Of a DNA stretch of 64,000 nucleotides, positions 1 to 13,500 are shown in pieces. Position 1 is the first letter of the stretch, and each line of letters opens with the position of its first letter. The position numbers and the translations under genes are program-made. The notes beneath the pieces are model-generated. The model was not told the DNA's origin. It ran no database searches and saw only the letters and a program-made list of their open reading frames with translations. The stretch is from positions 62,001-126,000 of the forward strand of contig LVLI01000140.1 of assembly GCA_001687465.1 (NCBI GenBank), written 5' to 3'. This stretch comes from Halocafeteria seosinensis (Eukaryota).

Positions 1-356
1 AGAAGAATGTTGATTCCCGTACCTTATCGTGGCAAGCAGGATCAGCATGGCGCTGGTTCAATAGTTGCAGCACCACCTCGCATCGTCCCAACGAAGCCGC
101 CAGGAGCAAACCTACGTTCTGCGGATCCCAAAATCCACGGACTGTGTTATGACATTCGCACTTATCAGGATAGATCTCTCATTGCCATACCAGGTCGTCA
201 AGCAGTAGTGGGTCTGGACAAGGTTCAGACCATTCAGAGCCAGTAAGTGAGTCAACACGAAGAAATCTCCCGGCGAGAGCAGCTTTTGTGAGACATTCTT
301 TATCCATCGAGTTCATTTTATTACTACCAACGTGTTTTTGGAGCAAACCCAACTGT
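1..356 (-). pseudogene. Ankyrin-repeat gene fragment running off the window edge, with an in-frame TGA
   Basis: Minus-strand frame reads ...LLLDDLVWQ*EIYPDKCECHNTVRGFWDPQNVGLLLAASLGRCEVVLQLLNQRHADPACHDK followed by a GT donor. LLLAASLG..EVV..LL....AD resembles an ankyrin repeat. Confidence 0.4.
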
Positions 357-1513
357 CAGTTTAGATACATGATCTTCCAAGGTCGCTATCAAGTCTGTCG
401 GTATTGCCATTATCTTACCCAGCGGGGACGGAACTTCAACTGGTATCCAAAACCCATACTCCCGGACTCCGTCTGTGCCGGATTTCTACTTTTTGAGTAC
501 AGGTTGGTAGACACACAATATGTCGCGCATCCACAATTCATCTCATTTTGTTCTGCCTGAAGCAATGTGAGAAGTAACACTCAAATATGAAAACTCGGCC
601 TATCGTGACATCACTAGCATCTAGACTACACACCTAGACCAGACGTCTTCCGATAGGAGCGGTTGTACCGGTTGTACAGTACTAACAGACTAATACGTAC
701 ATAACCACGGGGTAGAAATGACGATGTTCTTTTGTAATTGCACTGGCGAGTTTTGTATGCACTTTAGCTCTTAATAGTCGCTTGAATACAGTTTAGATGT
801 GTACGGCATCCCGATACAACATGTGACTCAAGACACGGATACACATACTTCAGAGTTCATTTGGTCAAAGAAGTAAATGTTTCCATAATGCCTGAAAATG
901 TCTCAAAAGTGCACGATTTAATTTCACACGCTACCGACCCCACTCTGTCGCCCTGAGGTCCTTGCTGTAGTTTTCACCGGAAACTTTTTTCAGCCCATAC
1001 CCAGCATACCCGGTAAGTTGTTAGAGCACAACTTCCAATGCCGCATTGGCACCTGCTCCCGGTCCGGCCGGGCGTTGCGCCCGGATCCCCGTCAAATGTC
1101 TAGAGTATGAATCATGATATGATATGTTCAACGCCGGACTCTGTCCACATAACTTGGTTGGCTTATGTATAGACCAGGTAGAAGAGCAACAGACTGGGAA
1201 GAAGAGATGACTGCCTTGGTATCGCAAAGACGGGCTGTGAACGCCATAAGGGCGGCAACCTCGAGGAACGGCTGCCTGTCCTATCCTCTTTGTAGCCCCA
1301 TGAATGTACGTCTTGCTCATTTTTGTCAATAAAACCGATCCCAACGCTTTAACAGTTGAACAAACTAAGCATATACGGGAAAAGGGCGTGGTGCAATCAA
1401 TGGGGAAGGAAGGAGAGACCAAACAACAGTGTCTCTCTAGTCACCCATCCGGACGTATTGGTGCTTGTAATCGTTGTATTACGTTCGTTATTGCCTTATC
1501 CTGCACTCTATAC

Positions 1514-2894
1514 ATGGCCGTTCTACTTGCGCAGAGAACTCACGAAAAAGAGCCTGGCCAAACACGAGGATACTCGGATATTGTTTCTCCCTCGCTACGG
1601 GCTGGAACTACAGGACTCCGAGCCACGATATTTGGTGCCACGGGGTTTGTCGGACGCTATGTTACCCATTTATTTGGTATGTTTTCAGGAATCACATGCT
1701 TTAAAGCTCACTGTACGTTTGTTTACCATTGACATGTATTCCGTGCTATGCAGCGAGACAAGGAACACAATGTATCATTCCTTACCGAGGAGATGAGATG
1801 GAATGGAGACATTTGAAGCAAATGGGAGATTTAGGAGTTGTCATACCTACGCCTTTCTCTCCCCGAGATGATGACTCGATGCGAAAGGTCATTGAAGGTT
1901 CCGATATTGTGATCAATTTGATAGGAAAGGTATGGGTTCCCCCGGCTACCCGAGTGTGTCGCTCTACTCATGTAGCTCTGTGAATTGGACTTGCAGGACT
2001 ATGAAACATGCCATTACCTTCCATGGCTTAAAAACTATAGATTTGAAGACGTGCATGTCGATGTGGCCGCGAAAATTGCTCGCATGTCAGCTGAATATGT
2101 ATGTTAGAAACCTGGAGGGGTTGTTCTTTACGGTTTGTTCACTTCGTACGTATTGTGTTCATTACAGGGAGTGACAAACTTGGTTCACACATCTGCTCTC
2201 GCTGCGGATAAATATGCGATTTCTTCTTGGGCACGAAGCAAGGCTCTAGGCGAAGAAGCCGTCCGTGCCGAAGCCCCCGGCGCAACTATTGTCCGTCCGG
2301 CTGACGTATTTGGTCCAGAGGATCGTTTCTTGAACCTTCTTGCATTCCTCTATAGGATGCTTCCTCGTGTACCGCTTGTCGATGGCGGTATGTCAAGTGT
2401 GCAACCCTTGTTTGTACATGACCTCGCGTACGGCATCCACCGCATCGGCACGGTAAGTATCCACTGATGTATTTCATCCGATTGAGCGATCTTAGTTGCT
2501 TTCTTGGTAGTGTTTGCAGAGTACCGAGCCTGAAGTGATGCTAGGGCAAACATACGATTTTGCTGGCCCTGATGTGTACACTTATAGGGAAGTTGTTGAG
2601 TACTTTTTCGAGACTATTCGAGCTCGCTCGCCGCATGTGATCAACGTTTCTCCCGCTCTTGCGGATCTGATTGGACTTGCTTTTGAACAACTTCCTGAGC
2701 CTTTAGTTGTCCGCGACCGTTTCCAGAGAATGCAGACAGACAATGTTTTGGACGCTACAGCAGCAACTAAGCGTTTGCATGATTTAGATATCCAAGCTAC
2801 GTCGATGGAGATGCCTGGACTGTTACACCTTAGGCAGTATGTGGAGAACCACGAAGTACCTAGTCAAGATGAGATGTCCCATAAGGTTGAGTAA
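1514..2894 (+). CDS. NDUFA9: NADH:ubiquinone oxidoreductase 39-kDa subunit (NDUFA9, SDR family), spliced; N-terminus uncertain
   Basis: ATIFGATGFVGRYV, IIPYRGDE..RHLKQMGDLG, SDIVINLIG, SKALGEEAVR..PGATIVRPADVFGPEDRFLN, VQPLFVHDLA, YDFAGP. GT-AG introns at 1677-1753, ~1930-1997, ~2099-2167 and ~2453-2519 join the ORF pieces in frame. Confidence 0.92.
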
Positions 2895-4577
2895 CCTCCT
2901 CATTTGAGAAACCCTAAAACATACAACAAATAGACATATGCCTCGTTAGAACTCCAGTATTGCTATGGCCCGCTTCCGTCTGCTCATATCTACTTTCACA
3001 TGGATCGTATAGACGTGGTATTCATGTCGAAACAGCAAGGCGCTTCCACTCACTTTCCACTAGCTTACTGGATCTGGAAGAATTTATGTTTCTGCGTATC
3101 GCTTTCCCGTTCGCGGAGTAGAGTTACCATCCACATCCCCAATGGAAAAGGCGAGACTCCAACGTCGAAGATGAACAAAACTAATGTTGGGGCGTGGGCT
3201 GGTCGCGAGACAATACCGGTAGTGGATCCCTTCGGCTACACGTAATAACTTTTCTTCTTTTAGCGTCTCTTCTGATAATCCGTTCGCATCTCGGGTGGCG
3301 AAGGTGCACTCAACATGTACTCACCTAGATGCGGGAATCCCCGTTCGTAATTTTCTCCATAATGTCAAAACCCCCCAAGGTGAACCCTATGTAACGCGAT
3401 CCCAACGCCTAAATACATCCATATGCTTTGCCCAGTGAAAACTATACCAATGGCATATACTGGAAAACTTCGACAATTCAACACCACGGAGGGACAAAAG
3501 AGGGGGAGGGGAAGCACAACCGAATACGCAACTAGGTTTCCCTCCAAAAGTACGTAACTATTTAGGATGCTATCTATCCCAGTTTCCAACTGTTTTGGTG
3601 TTTCCATGCTCCTTTCAACGTTCCTGAACATTCGTTTGCCAAAGCCGCTTTCTCACCCCGAAGTTTCTTACGGCACAAAAAGTTTCTTAGTTTAAGTACT
3701 GAAAGAAAACAAGCGTATTTGTTCCAATTTTGACGCACATGGAAACATAACGATGGTGACCTCTAAACACGTTAAAGTTGTATTGGGATCAGTGGGCCAC
3801 AGTGGCCCGGCTGCAACCTTACTGGCTTGCTCTTGTTCGGCATTATCTATCACCCGCGAAATATCTTGAGTAATCTCTCCAAGATCTGTTCCGTGTACGG
3901 ATTCCCATCATCCTGACTCCCACGTGGTAATCAAATGTGTTTTCTTCCGAAATTGGCTTACGCTCGGGACGCTCGGCTCGTCGCTCGTCGCTCCGGGGGG
4001 AGCCACCACTGGCCATGAGCCTCGTGCGACCACTGCCAACGGCTTCAACGTCTATTCCGTGCGAACATGCTGTTCTACGCATGTACAGTCGGTCTTCGAC
4101 GTCGGGATAGTCATGTCCTCTGAAAATACGCCTTTCTACGTTTAGTAAGACAGATACAGGAAAGCGAAATCCTTGATACTGTCTTTGTCTTTCCCAGCAT
4201 GTAAGTAAGAACACCTCTTATGTACTGACAGCTGTTTTCCTAGCTCGATAGACAAGTACACTACGACAAGACAGTGCTTAGACCTCTTCGCACGAGATGA
4301 GACCTGTATGAGGCATATATGACCATCGACTTTTTATAAACACACGTGGAAAGAGAGCTGACTACATGGATTGATCAGTTGTAAAGGGTTCGAAAAATTC
4401 ACCCACCGACCTGTTTTTTTTGGTTTTTGGTTTTTTGCGTTCTTTCCAATCAGCGCCATCCGGTCGAGTCTCAATAGCTTAGAACGATTCGAACGCTTTT
4501 CTTTGGTTCGAAGTTCTGTTTTCCAACTGGTCGACATTCTACTTGTCACCCAAACCTGTTTATTGCTCCAGGTGTCC

Positions 4578-7500
4578 ATGATGTCGGTAGTATCAACCAA
4601 CCAGCTTCGCATTGTGAGCGTACTATGCTCACTTATAGTTGTGTGGAACGGGAATACTGTGACTGCTTCGGAATGCACGTCAACTCTGAAATGGAATGGG
4701 GAAGATGTATGTTTACTTGGACATCATCTGAGTGGCGACTACTGCTGCGAATGCAACGTAAGTATACTCAACTAGGCCATCAAAGGGGAGAGAAATGCTC
4801 ATGGATATTTCTATGCTGTTTTCAGAGTGGCAAGTTCAATTCGGAAACATTCTCGGGGCAACAGTTGACTAAAGCGGAGAGTTGCAAACTATGTCCCTCG
4901 GGAAGAAAGCAGCCTGACACAGGACAAGAGAAATGTGTTTCTTGCGTAGCTGGAAAGTATTCCGATGAGGGCGCAAGAGTTTGTACCGTGTGTCCTACCG
5001 GAGAATTTCAGAATACGCCCGGATCTGAGGAGTGTAAGGTATGCCCCTTGGGGTATAGTGCCATTTCTCAAGGAAGTGCAGAGTGTGACGCATGTGGAAA
5101 GGGCTATTTCACCGAAAAAAGTGGAAGGAAACAGTGCACAGCTTGCCCTATCGGTCAGTTCACCGATTCGAAGGGTTCGACCGGCTGCAGTAGCTGTCCT
5201 GCGGGCCAGTTTACCGCACAGAAGGGTTCAGCTGCGTGCACTAATTGTTCTCCTGGGAAGTTTCAGGCTACTAAAGGAGCGGCGTCGTGCGTTCAATGCA
5301 AGGCCGGCAAATACCAGGACTCATTTGGACAAGATTCTTGCATTTTGACGAATGCTGGATATTTTGCACCACGCGGAGCAGATTCACAATCTGCATGTCC
5401 TGCAGGAAGATATGCGTCTAGTGGAGGTAGTGGTGACGCATTGTGTGAAGGGCCTTGTACGGCTGGGCGCTATTGTAGTCAAGATGGGCTAACTCATCCC
5501 GACGCCGGACAACCATGTTCTGCTGGAAAGTACAGTCGAGCAGGTGAAACGAGTCCTGATTGTACTGCTCCATGTCCTGCTGGCTATTATTGTCCCGAAG
5601 GAACTGCTAAAGCTTCTTGGAATACATGTGGCTCAGCAGATCGGTACTGTCCTGAAGGCGCTTCTACTCCCAAAGATGTGAGTGAAGGCTACTTTTCTAC
5701 CCCTATAGACGTACCTGCGGATCGGCGATTTGGCACGAAGAAATGCCCCAAGGGGTATTACTGCCAGGATGGGGAGAGATTTCCGTGCCCTGAAGGAAGA
5801 TATGGAAATAATGAGGGTCTAACGAGTGAGTTGTGCACAGGAGTGTGTTACGACGGTTTCTATTGTCCTGAAGGCAGTACTTCGCCTCAGCAACAGCTTT
5901 GCTCAGATGAGAACCCTAGCTTCTACTGTGTGAAGGGGAAACGCAAAGCATGTGCCTCAGGGTTTTACACGCTCCCTGAAGATTCTGATAAGTCAACCCG
6001 TACGGATTGTAAGCCATGCACTGAGGGATTTAGCTGTCGTAACGGTCTGCGCCTGCGAAATACAGTGTGGAAAGACGGTACATGTGCTTTGAGTAGTGGA
6101 AGCAATCGTTTTTTTGTTGATGAAATCAAAGAACCTGTTTCTGAACCCAAAGAATTATGGGACCCATTTAAGGTTCAGGTTCAAGTACAATGGGACAAAT
6201 GGGAATACAATATCGTGTCGGCTGTACAGAACGGCAACACAAGGTCTGGAGAACCTTGCAAAGCGGATGTTACAGATGAGGACCTGTTTACAATACGAAA
6301 TGAAAAGAGTAGTAGGGAATATAACGGCATACCCCAGAGAGACGCCCAATTGATTTTGAAGGAAGGTGCTTCATTGACGTCCTCTCAATGTGACGCATAC
6401 GACATTAAAATTGAGGCCGATGCAGAGGAAGCGTTTTATCGGAGTTGTCTAGAGGTTCCTCGTGATGGTACCTACAAAATTGACCCATGGGATGATGGCA
6501 AGAACAATGCATTTTCGATCGAGTGCAAGAATGGTTATGCCCGCATCACTAGGGACATTGCAAAGAATGAGCTAGGGGGCGCCCTTCGCTCTTGGGGTAG
6601 TATTCGGAAGAAGGGCTTCCTCGATGGAAATCGCCCTTATACGGTGAACAACCGAGACAACTATGCACACTATGATATCCCTATCCCCTTCGGGTACACG
6701 CACTTTTATTTGGAAGACTTCAAAATACGTTCATCATCGTATCTTTCAAATAATCATGATACCTCTGAAATCAATCATGGACGTTATTATACAGATTGGA
6801 ACGATCAAAAAACACGTCGTTGTAGAGGGGACTTCGCTTTTGGTTCTCCCGACGACTCTGGTCCTGTGACAAGCTACGGACGGTATCATGGGTTCAATAC
6901 ACACAAAGGGAAAATTTCGTTTAAGAAGAACGGTAAGGTGTTTGCTATAGGCAATGGGCCGAGCACAACATTCCGGCTACACTGGGGTGAAGATTGCGGA
7001 CAAGATGAAGGCTTCATCTGGTGGAGCGGCTCTATTTGGGTAAAAGACAAACAAAGCGATGGAGATGGCGGGCCTTCATTTGGGAACAAAATTGATACCA
7101 CCTCGTGTACTGTGCGTTTAGTCCTAAAGCAAGAAAATGCGCCTCCGTACAGGAAAGATGGAGTGGGTACGGATCCTGTCGTCTATGAGGCTGAACGCGG
7201 CATGGTTCAGGGTGAACCACTCGGGGATCCACTTAAGGGCACGTTCTCTGACCCAGATGGTGACGAGCTAACATTTTCGCTGGTCAATTCCAATGGAAAT
7301 GTGATTGAGGATCCGGAACATCCCTTCTCCTTAGGGTCATGTACGGGACAGTTAACAGTTGGTAAACCTGAAGAACTTCTACACACATCTGAGTCGTCTT
7401 TCACGTTGCGTGTTCGTGTAAGTGACAATTTCCGCAATAAGCCAGGAACTGTCACACAGGAAGTCCTGGTGAAAGTCGTTCAACCGAACAGGGCTCCAAT

Positions 7501-10500
7501 AGTCGCGGGGAGTCCACCGCCACTGTACGTTCTTGAAACTGCGGGGAATGGAGAGCGAATATATCCCGAAAAAGACAAAGATGGTGATAACATCCGTAGT
7601 TTGCTCCATTCAGAATATGTGTCTGATCCAGATGGTGACAACATAAAGATATCTATGCGTAGTTGCACTACGGAGACGTTCTGCAAAGCGTTTGATGTTG
7701 ACTCCAATGGCGCTGTGCGTGTTGACGATAGTAGTTTCTTAAGCGAGAGCTCGTCCTCGCTAGTTCCTCGCTTCATCGAGGTGCAATATGACGATGGTAC
7801 TGCCGATCCAGTAAAAGCATTGATCCCAGTAACGGTGAAGCAAGTTCGCTCAAGACCGCAAATAACGACGAAAACACTTGAAATGAGAGAGGATGCCTCT
7901 GGTACTGTAGGTGCACTATCAGTGGAGGATGAAGGTGGGACGAAGTTTGCATTTCGTTTGGGGCAATTACGGTCCAATGTTCACGATTCCAATGAAGATC
8001 GCTTGAATCTAACAAATGGTGGCAACGTCACTGTTCACGAAGATGCTACTTTCAATGTGATTCAATGCGCGGATGCTCGTCCGTGCACGTCTTGTGACCT
8101 GTACGACGAATGGATCAAACTTACCGTTACAGTTGAGGTGATCGAGAGAACCGACGACAAGTTAGGGCCGTTGGTATCGTCTCCTACGGAGGTAGAAGTT
8201 CGTATTCAACGGGTGAATTCCTCACCCCGTTTTACAAGACCGACGTTTCCATTGAAAATAGAGGAGGGTGCAGTAGAGACTGCAGTTGAAGATTTGTCTC
8301 AGTTCTTCTGTGACAAGGACGCGGCTTTGGACGACAACCACCGTCTGTTCTATGGAATTGTTTCCGATAACGAGTTCTCTACCAATTTCACCGTAGACGA
8401 AACCTCAGGGAGTCTAAGAACCAGTGGTGTTGCCTCGTTAGACTATGAACGAATCCAAGAGGGTGATATCATTGTTCGCGTTCAAGATAATGGTTCTCCT
8501 TCACGAAGCATACAAGAAGAGCTGACGATATGCGTCGTAGATGTACCTGAACCACCGATGATACCTCCTCAGTACTTTCAAGTGAACGAAAGTTCAACTG
8601 CGGAGGAGGGATATTTTGGAAGAATTGATGTTAATGAAGTGGATAAGTTTGAAGGAACGAATATGAAATTTGCGTCGCCGGCGTCTACCTTTGAGTTTGA
8701 ACAGCTTACATTAAGGAACTTTTTCACTCTTTCGAAACAAGATGGGAAGATCAGTGTCGCTCCCGGCTACATACCGGATTATGAAACATCTTACCCGGAA
8801 GAAGTAGTCAAAACGTTGTCTTTTCGTGTTATAGACAGTGTCAACAACGTTAGCACTGTTTCAAGCGTTACAGTCGAGATAATCGACATTTTGGAAGCTC
8901 CATTCTTCGACCCTCCTATGCAAAATTTTACTCTAAATTTCTTCGCAGAGAGTGGGTCGTCTTTGGGCAAACTGGAAGGTATCGATAACGATTTTGGGGA
9001 CAGTCTCAAATATTCGATGGTGTCTAGTCCCGAGTTTTTGTTACTTAGTAGCTCTGGAAAACTCTGGTTTTTTCCAGGGGATTCGCTTAATCTGACGCTC
9101 AACGATGTCGGCGATGTGTATTCGTTTGATGCCATGGTGAGGGATTCGGACGGGTTGCAGGCGAGTAGCACGCACTTCGTACATATCAAGAATTTGCAAA
9201 CTCCTCCAAAATGGGTGGGCAGTTCCGAGAAATTTGCGAAGGGAGAGAAAATTACGTGGGATGTGGACGAACATCACGAGGGAATTGTCGAGTCTTTCCA
9301 GCTGGAATGTATGGATGAGAATAGCCTCGGTGTGGGCTATCAGTTGCTGGGGAGCAGCCCCAACGTATACGAAGAGATCGTTCGCATTCGCAGAAATGAT
9401 GGACGATTGGAAATCCTAGACTCTTCCCGCTTCGATTTCGAGGGACTTGAATCTGTTTCTGGCGAATTTTTGGTGGCATGCGTTGACAATGCTGGTCTTC
9501 GAGTGGAAGGAAGTTTAATCGTACAAATTAAAGATATCGCTGAACCACCGCGTTTCTTGGAGCTTCCGGATACTCTCAGTTTACAAATTCGAGAGGATCG
9601 TGCAGTGGGATATGTTTTGCGTGAAATACGGGCACTTGATAGGGATCTGGGCAGTCAGAATAAGCTTACGTTTAGCGCGGAATTAAGCAAGGTGAACGAT
9701 GACACAGGGGCAACTTGTAAGCTTCCCATAGTTCCTATGGATGCTGAGGCGACCCGGGGCGGACAGGGCCTAGTAGCAAACCTGTCGACAAATTGTTTAT
9801 TGGATTATTACGAACAGTCACAGTATGTGGTAGACGTGAAGGTTACTGATGAAGCGGGACTTTTGGATGTGGTGACGACCACCGTCAATGTCTTATTTGT
9901 CAATACTGCTCCTAAATTCGAACAAGCTGCTTACGAAGTTTCTGTGGCCGAAAACTCATTAATTATTGCCAATATTGCTGATTTTCCGTTTTTTGACCGA
10001 AACCGACAGACAAGTCATGCGTTTAGTGTCATCGAAGAGGATAGTATGAATTCTTCCTTCCGTTTTAATGACGGTCGGTTGGTAGTCTCTTCCAGTGGTC
10101 CTGGATTGAATTATGAATCAGACCCAAGTCACCTGTTACGGCTGCGCGTCACTGATGATGAAGGTCTGTTTGACGAGGCGGACGTGGAAATTACCGTAGA
10201 GAACGTCAATGATTTGACCATTGACTCTATCATTCCAATACCTGACATTCATGCTTCCTCGGGTGGATCGACGATCCAGTTTGAAGGACATGATCTGGGT
10301 CCGATGTGGCGCGAAGCAAGTATTACGGCTGAAGTTTCCTCTCCGCAGGGAGAAATGAAGGATAATACCTCTTGCTCCCGAACGATGCACTCAAATCTTT
10401 ATGAGAATTCCATGGTGTTTTGTTCAGTCCCTGCGGGTGTTGGGAAAAACTTACAGTGGACGCTTTTCATAGACGAAGACAGTGTCGTGGCTCCAAGACT

Positions 10501-13500
10501 AACCGCTTATGAAATTCCTGTGATTCACAATGTAATGGGGTGGCCGAACAGTGCGTCAACCAAAGGAGGCCAACGTTTTACATTGGAAGGTTCTGGGTTC
10601 GGACAGAAATTGTTAAAGTCTTCTGAAGGAATGTTTCCCATTCCAGTGAAAGTAGAGTACCGTCTGAATAGTGAGGAAATCAGTCAGGGTACTCTACTTG
10701 CTCAGTCCTGTGGTGTGGTGAACAACAACGTAATCGAATGTTTGACAACTGAAGGTGTTGGACAAGGGTTTGAATTTCGAGTGACGATTCCGTCTGCCAG
10801 TCCGCAGTGGAGACAAGTTTCTGATTGGGTTACTTTTGATTCGATCGGTTACGGATTGCCATTCATAATGGATGTACATCCTTTAGTGGAGACGTTTCCT
10901 ACTACCGGGAGTATTGACGCATTTTTGATCGAAGGAATGAATTTTGGTCCCTCACTAGACTTTGTCTCTGCTGTTTTGCACACCAACCAGTACGATTTCC
11001 CTACCACTTGTAGTTTTGGCAACCATTCAGTTCTCAAGTGCGCACTCCCGGTGGGCATCGGGACGAATTTTACGTGGCATGTAACAATACAGGACCAGTC
11101 GTCAGGCATAACAGGTAGTAGTCGTGAGGACACTCTCTCATATGATCCTCCTGAGTTGGACCGGGTGACTGATATAGTTGGTCGCGAGCCTCAAGCGTTG
11201 GATACCAAAGGGGATGAAGTTATTACTCTTCACGGATCTAATTTGGGTCCTGGTTTAGGTGAAGGAGAAGGCGTTATCGTCCAGTATGGGGAGTCGTTAG
11301 AATATACAGCGAGTCGATGTCAGGTAAAAGAACCGCATAAGAGGATTGAATGCCTCACCGTTCCAGGAGTGGGAAAGAATCACAGCTGGTGGGTACAAGT
11401 AGGTGCTCAACCGTCTAGCAAGTTGAACAGTGTGAGTAACTATAATCCTCCTGTTGTGGCGATGTTTGACCGGCCATTTTCCGTGGACGAGGGGATTCAA
11501 AACTTTGCTACGAGCGGTAATGAGACTGTGTTTATCCATGGTAATTTTTTTGGACCGGCAGGTACACCCGTTGATTCGGTTGTGTACGGTAATGAACTTG
11601 AAACATTCCGCGCCTCCCATTGCAATGTATTGAGTCATGAGAGATTGGAATGTCGGACTGCTCCTGGGGCCGGGGCCGAACATGCTTGGTCTGTTGTCAT
11701 TGGGGGTCAAGAATCGGAGCGGGCTACAACCTCCTACGAAGCGCCTAAGGTTATTGATGTCCAGGGCGTAAATGGAACGGATCCCTCGTGGTTGAGTACG
11801 CTGGGTGGAGAGTGGGTAGATGTCGTAGGGGATAATTTTGGCCCTCCCGGTTCCGAATCCGCTTGGTTTTTGGAGTCCGTGACGTACGGCGGAAGCGGTA
11901 CCGAGTATGCAGCCGAAGGATGCGTCGTACTTTCCCATGGACGAATTCGTTGCCGCACAATTGCTGGGCATGGCCAGCGGCATCGGTGGGTTGTGACGGT
12001 TTTTGGACAGTCTAGTCTTGGTACCCATGTCTTGACATCGTACGCTCCCCCGGTGGTGGAGAGCATCCATCCGCATCAGGGACCTACGGGATTTAGCATT
12101 TCGTCCGCTAGAAATTCTATGCCGTACATAACCCTGTCGGGACATGACTTTGGTGTCAACTTGGTCGACATGGCCAATGTGAGGGTTTTGATGGACACAG
12201 ATGGTGCGTTTATTACTCTGGCCTTGGAGAAAGGGTTGGAGGATTGGAAAGACACACTACGTATCTTACTGATGCGGCAACAAGAGGATCCCTCCACCTG
12301 GCTAGAAAATATCGAAGCCTTAGGGCTAACCAAGGAGGATGTACACGAATGGCTGGACAGTCTTTTCATTGTTGGTGTAAAGCCAGAAACTGGTGCTGTT
12401 TCGCAAACACTACAGTTTCAACTACCCAATGGATTTGGGGCTGATCGTCCCGTCTTCGTGCAAGTCGGAGAAACTTTTTCCAGCTATGTCTTGTTTGACT
12501 ACAACAAACCAAGAGTAACAAATGTGGCACCTTCAATCCCCCGTACTGACTCTAAGGAAATGAAGGTGACCATTGATGGAGAGAATTTTTGTGCAGGTCC
12601 CGCGTGCGATGACCGTACTTGTTGTGGGCGGGTTTTCGTCAATGATGAGCTGGTTTTCGTCCCCAAAGAAAGGTATAGTCATGAACAGATAATCATCTTT
12701 GTCGATACACAAGACCCCATGAGTGTTAGTCGGCGGTCGTTGGAAGCAGTCACAAATACCATCAGAGTCGGCAATTTAGACCAGAACACAACCACTACAT
12801 CTGTGCCATTCCAGCCGCTCTCACCTTCCATCGCCGGGCAACAGGCATATGTTACCTGGCCTCCTTTTGCAACTGAAGGTGGGGAGCTCTTCAAACTGTT
12901 CGACGTCGAAGGGGTTGACAGCAAAGGTACTTCCGTCGAAGTCAAGATAGGAAACAAACAATGTACCAACGTCACGATATGCTCAGTGGGTGAATCCGAG
13001 AATGGAGTGATGATAGGAAATGTTAGTTGTTTGACCCCTCCCAACGTGGGGAATGCACATCAGGTGCGCGTGAATGTATCCAAAGTGTCATCTCCCGCTG
13101 GTGAACTCTTTGTCGATTACGCAAAACCAAAAATATGCGTTGTGGAAGTGTTGGGTAAAAATCCTCATGGAACCGACATGAGTGACGATGTTGCCTTTGT
13201 CAGCGACAGCAGCGAGTGTCAACAGTTTGCAAACTACGAAGACGCAACTGTAGGTGGCATTCCTACCACTGGTAGCTTGGTAAGGATACACGGTAAGAAC
13301 TTTGGGTCGTCGGAGCTTCAGTATGAAACTCAGGTTAGGATTGGTGACCTGTTAGTCGGTAATATTCATCTCGAAAGACACGACCACAGGATGATGGAAC
13401 TTGTGCTTCCGGAAGGAGCCGGAAGTGAAATCGAAGTCACGTTTTCTGTGGGTCCGCCCTCAAATTTTGATAAGTTTGTGTATCGATACCAAATTCCTTC

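Noticed and set aside
2900..4570. Short ORFs between NDUFA9 and the giant gene
   Set aside because: No recognisable motifs or consistent splice structure; may be decayed sequence, but this is unsupported.
4625..4825. ORF-track N-terminus of the 4075-aa protein
   Set aside because: It reads through intron 4758-4825; the real exon 1 is in another frame (4578-4757) and supplies the signal peptide.
11297..12145. 282-aa antisense ORF and other antisense ORFs within long genes
   Set aside because: Shadow ORFs of the coding strand with no independent protein features.
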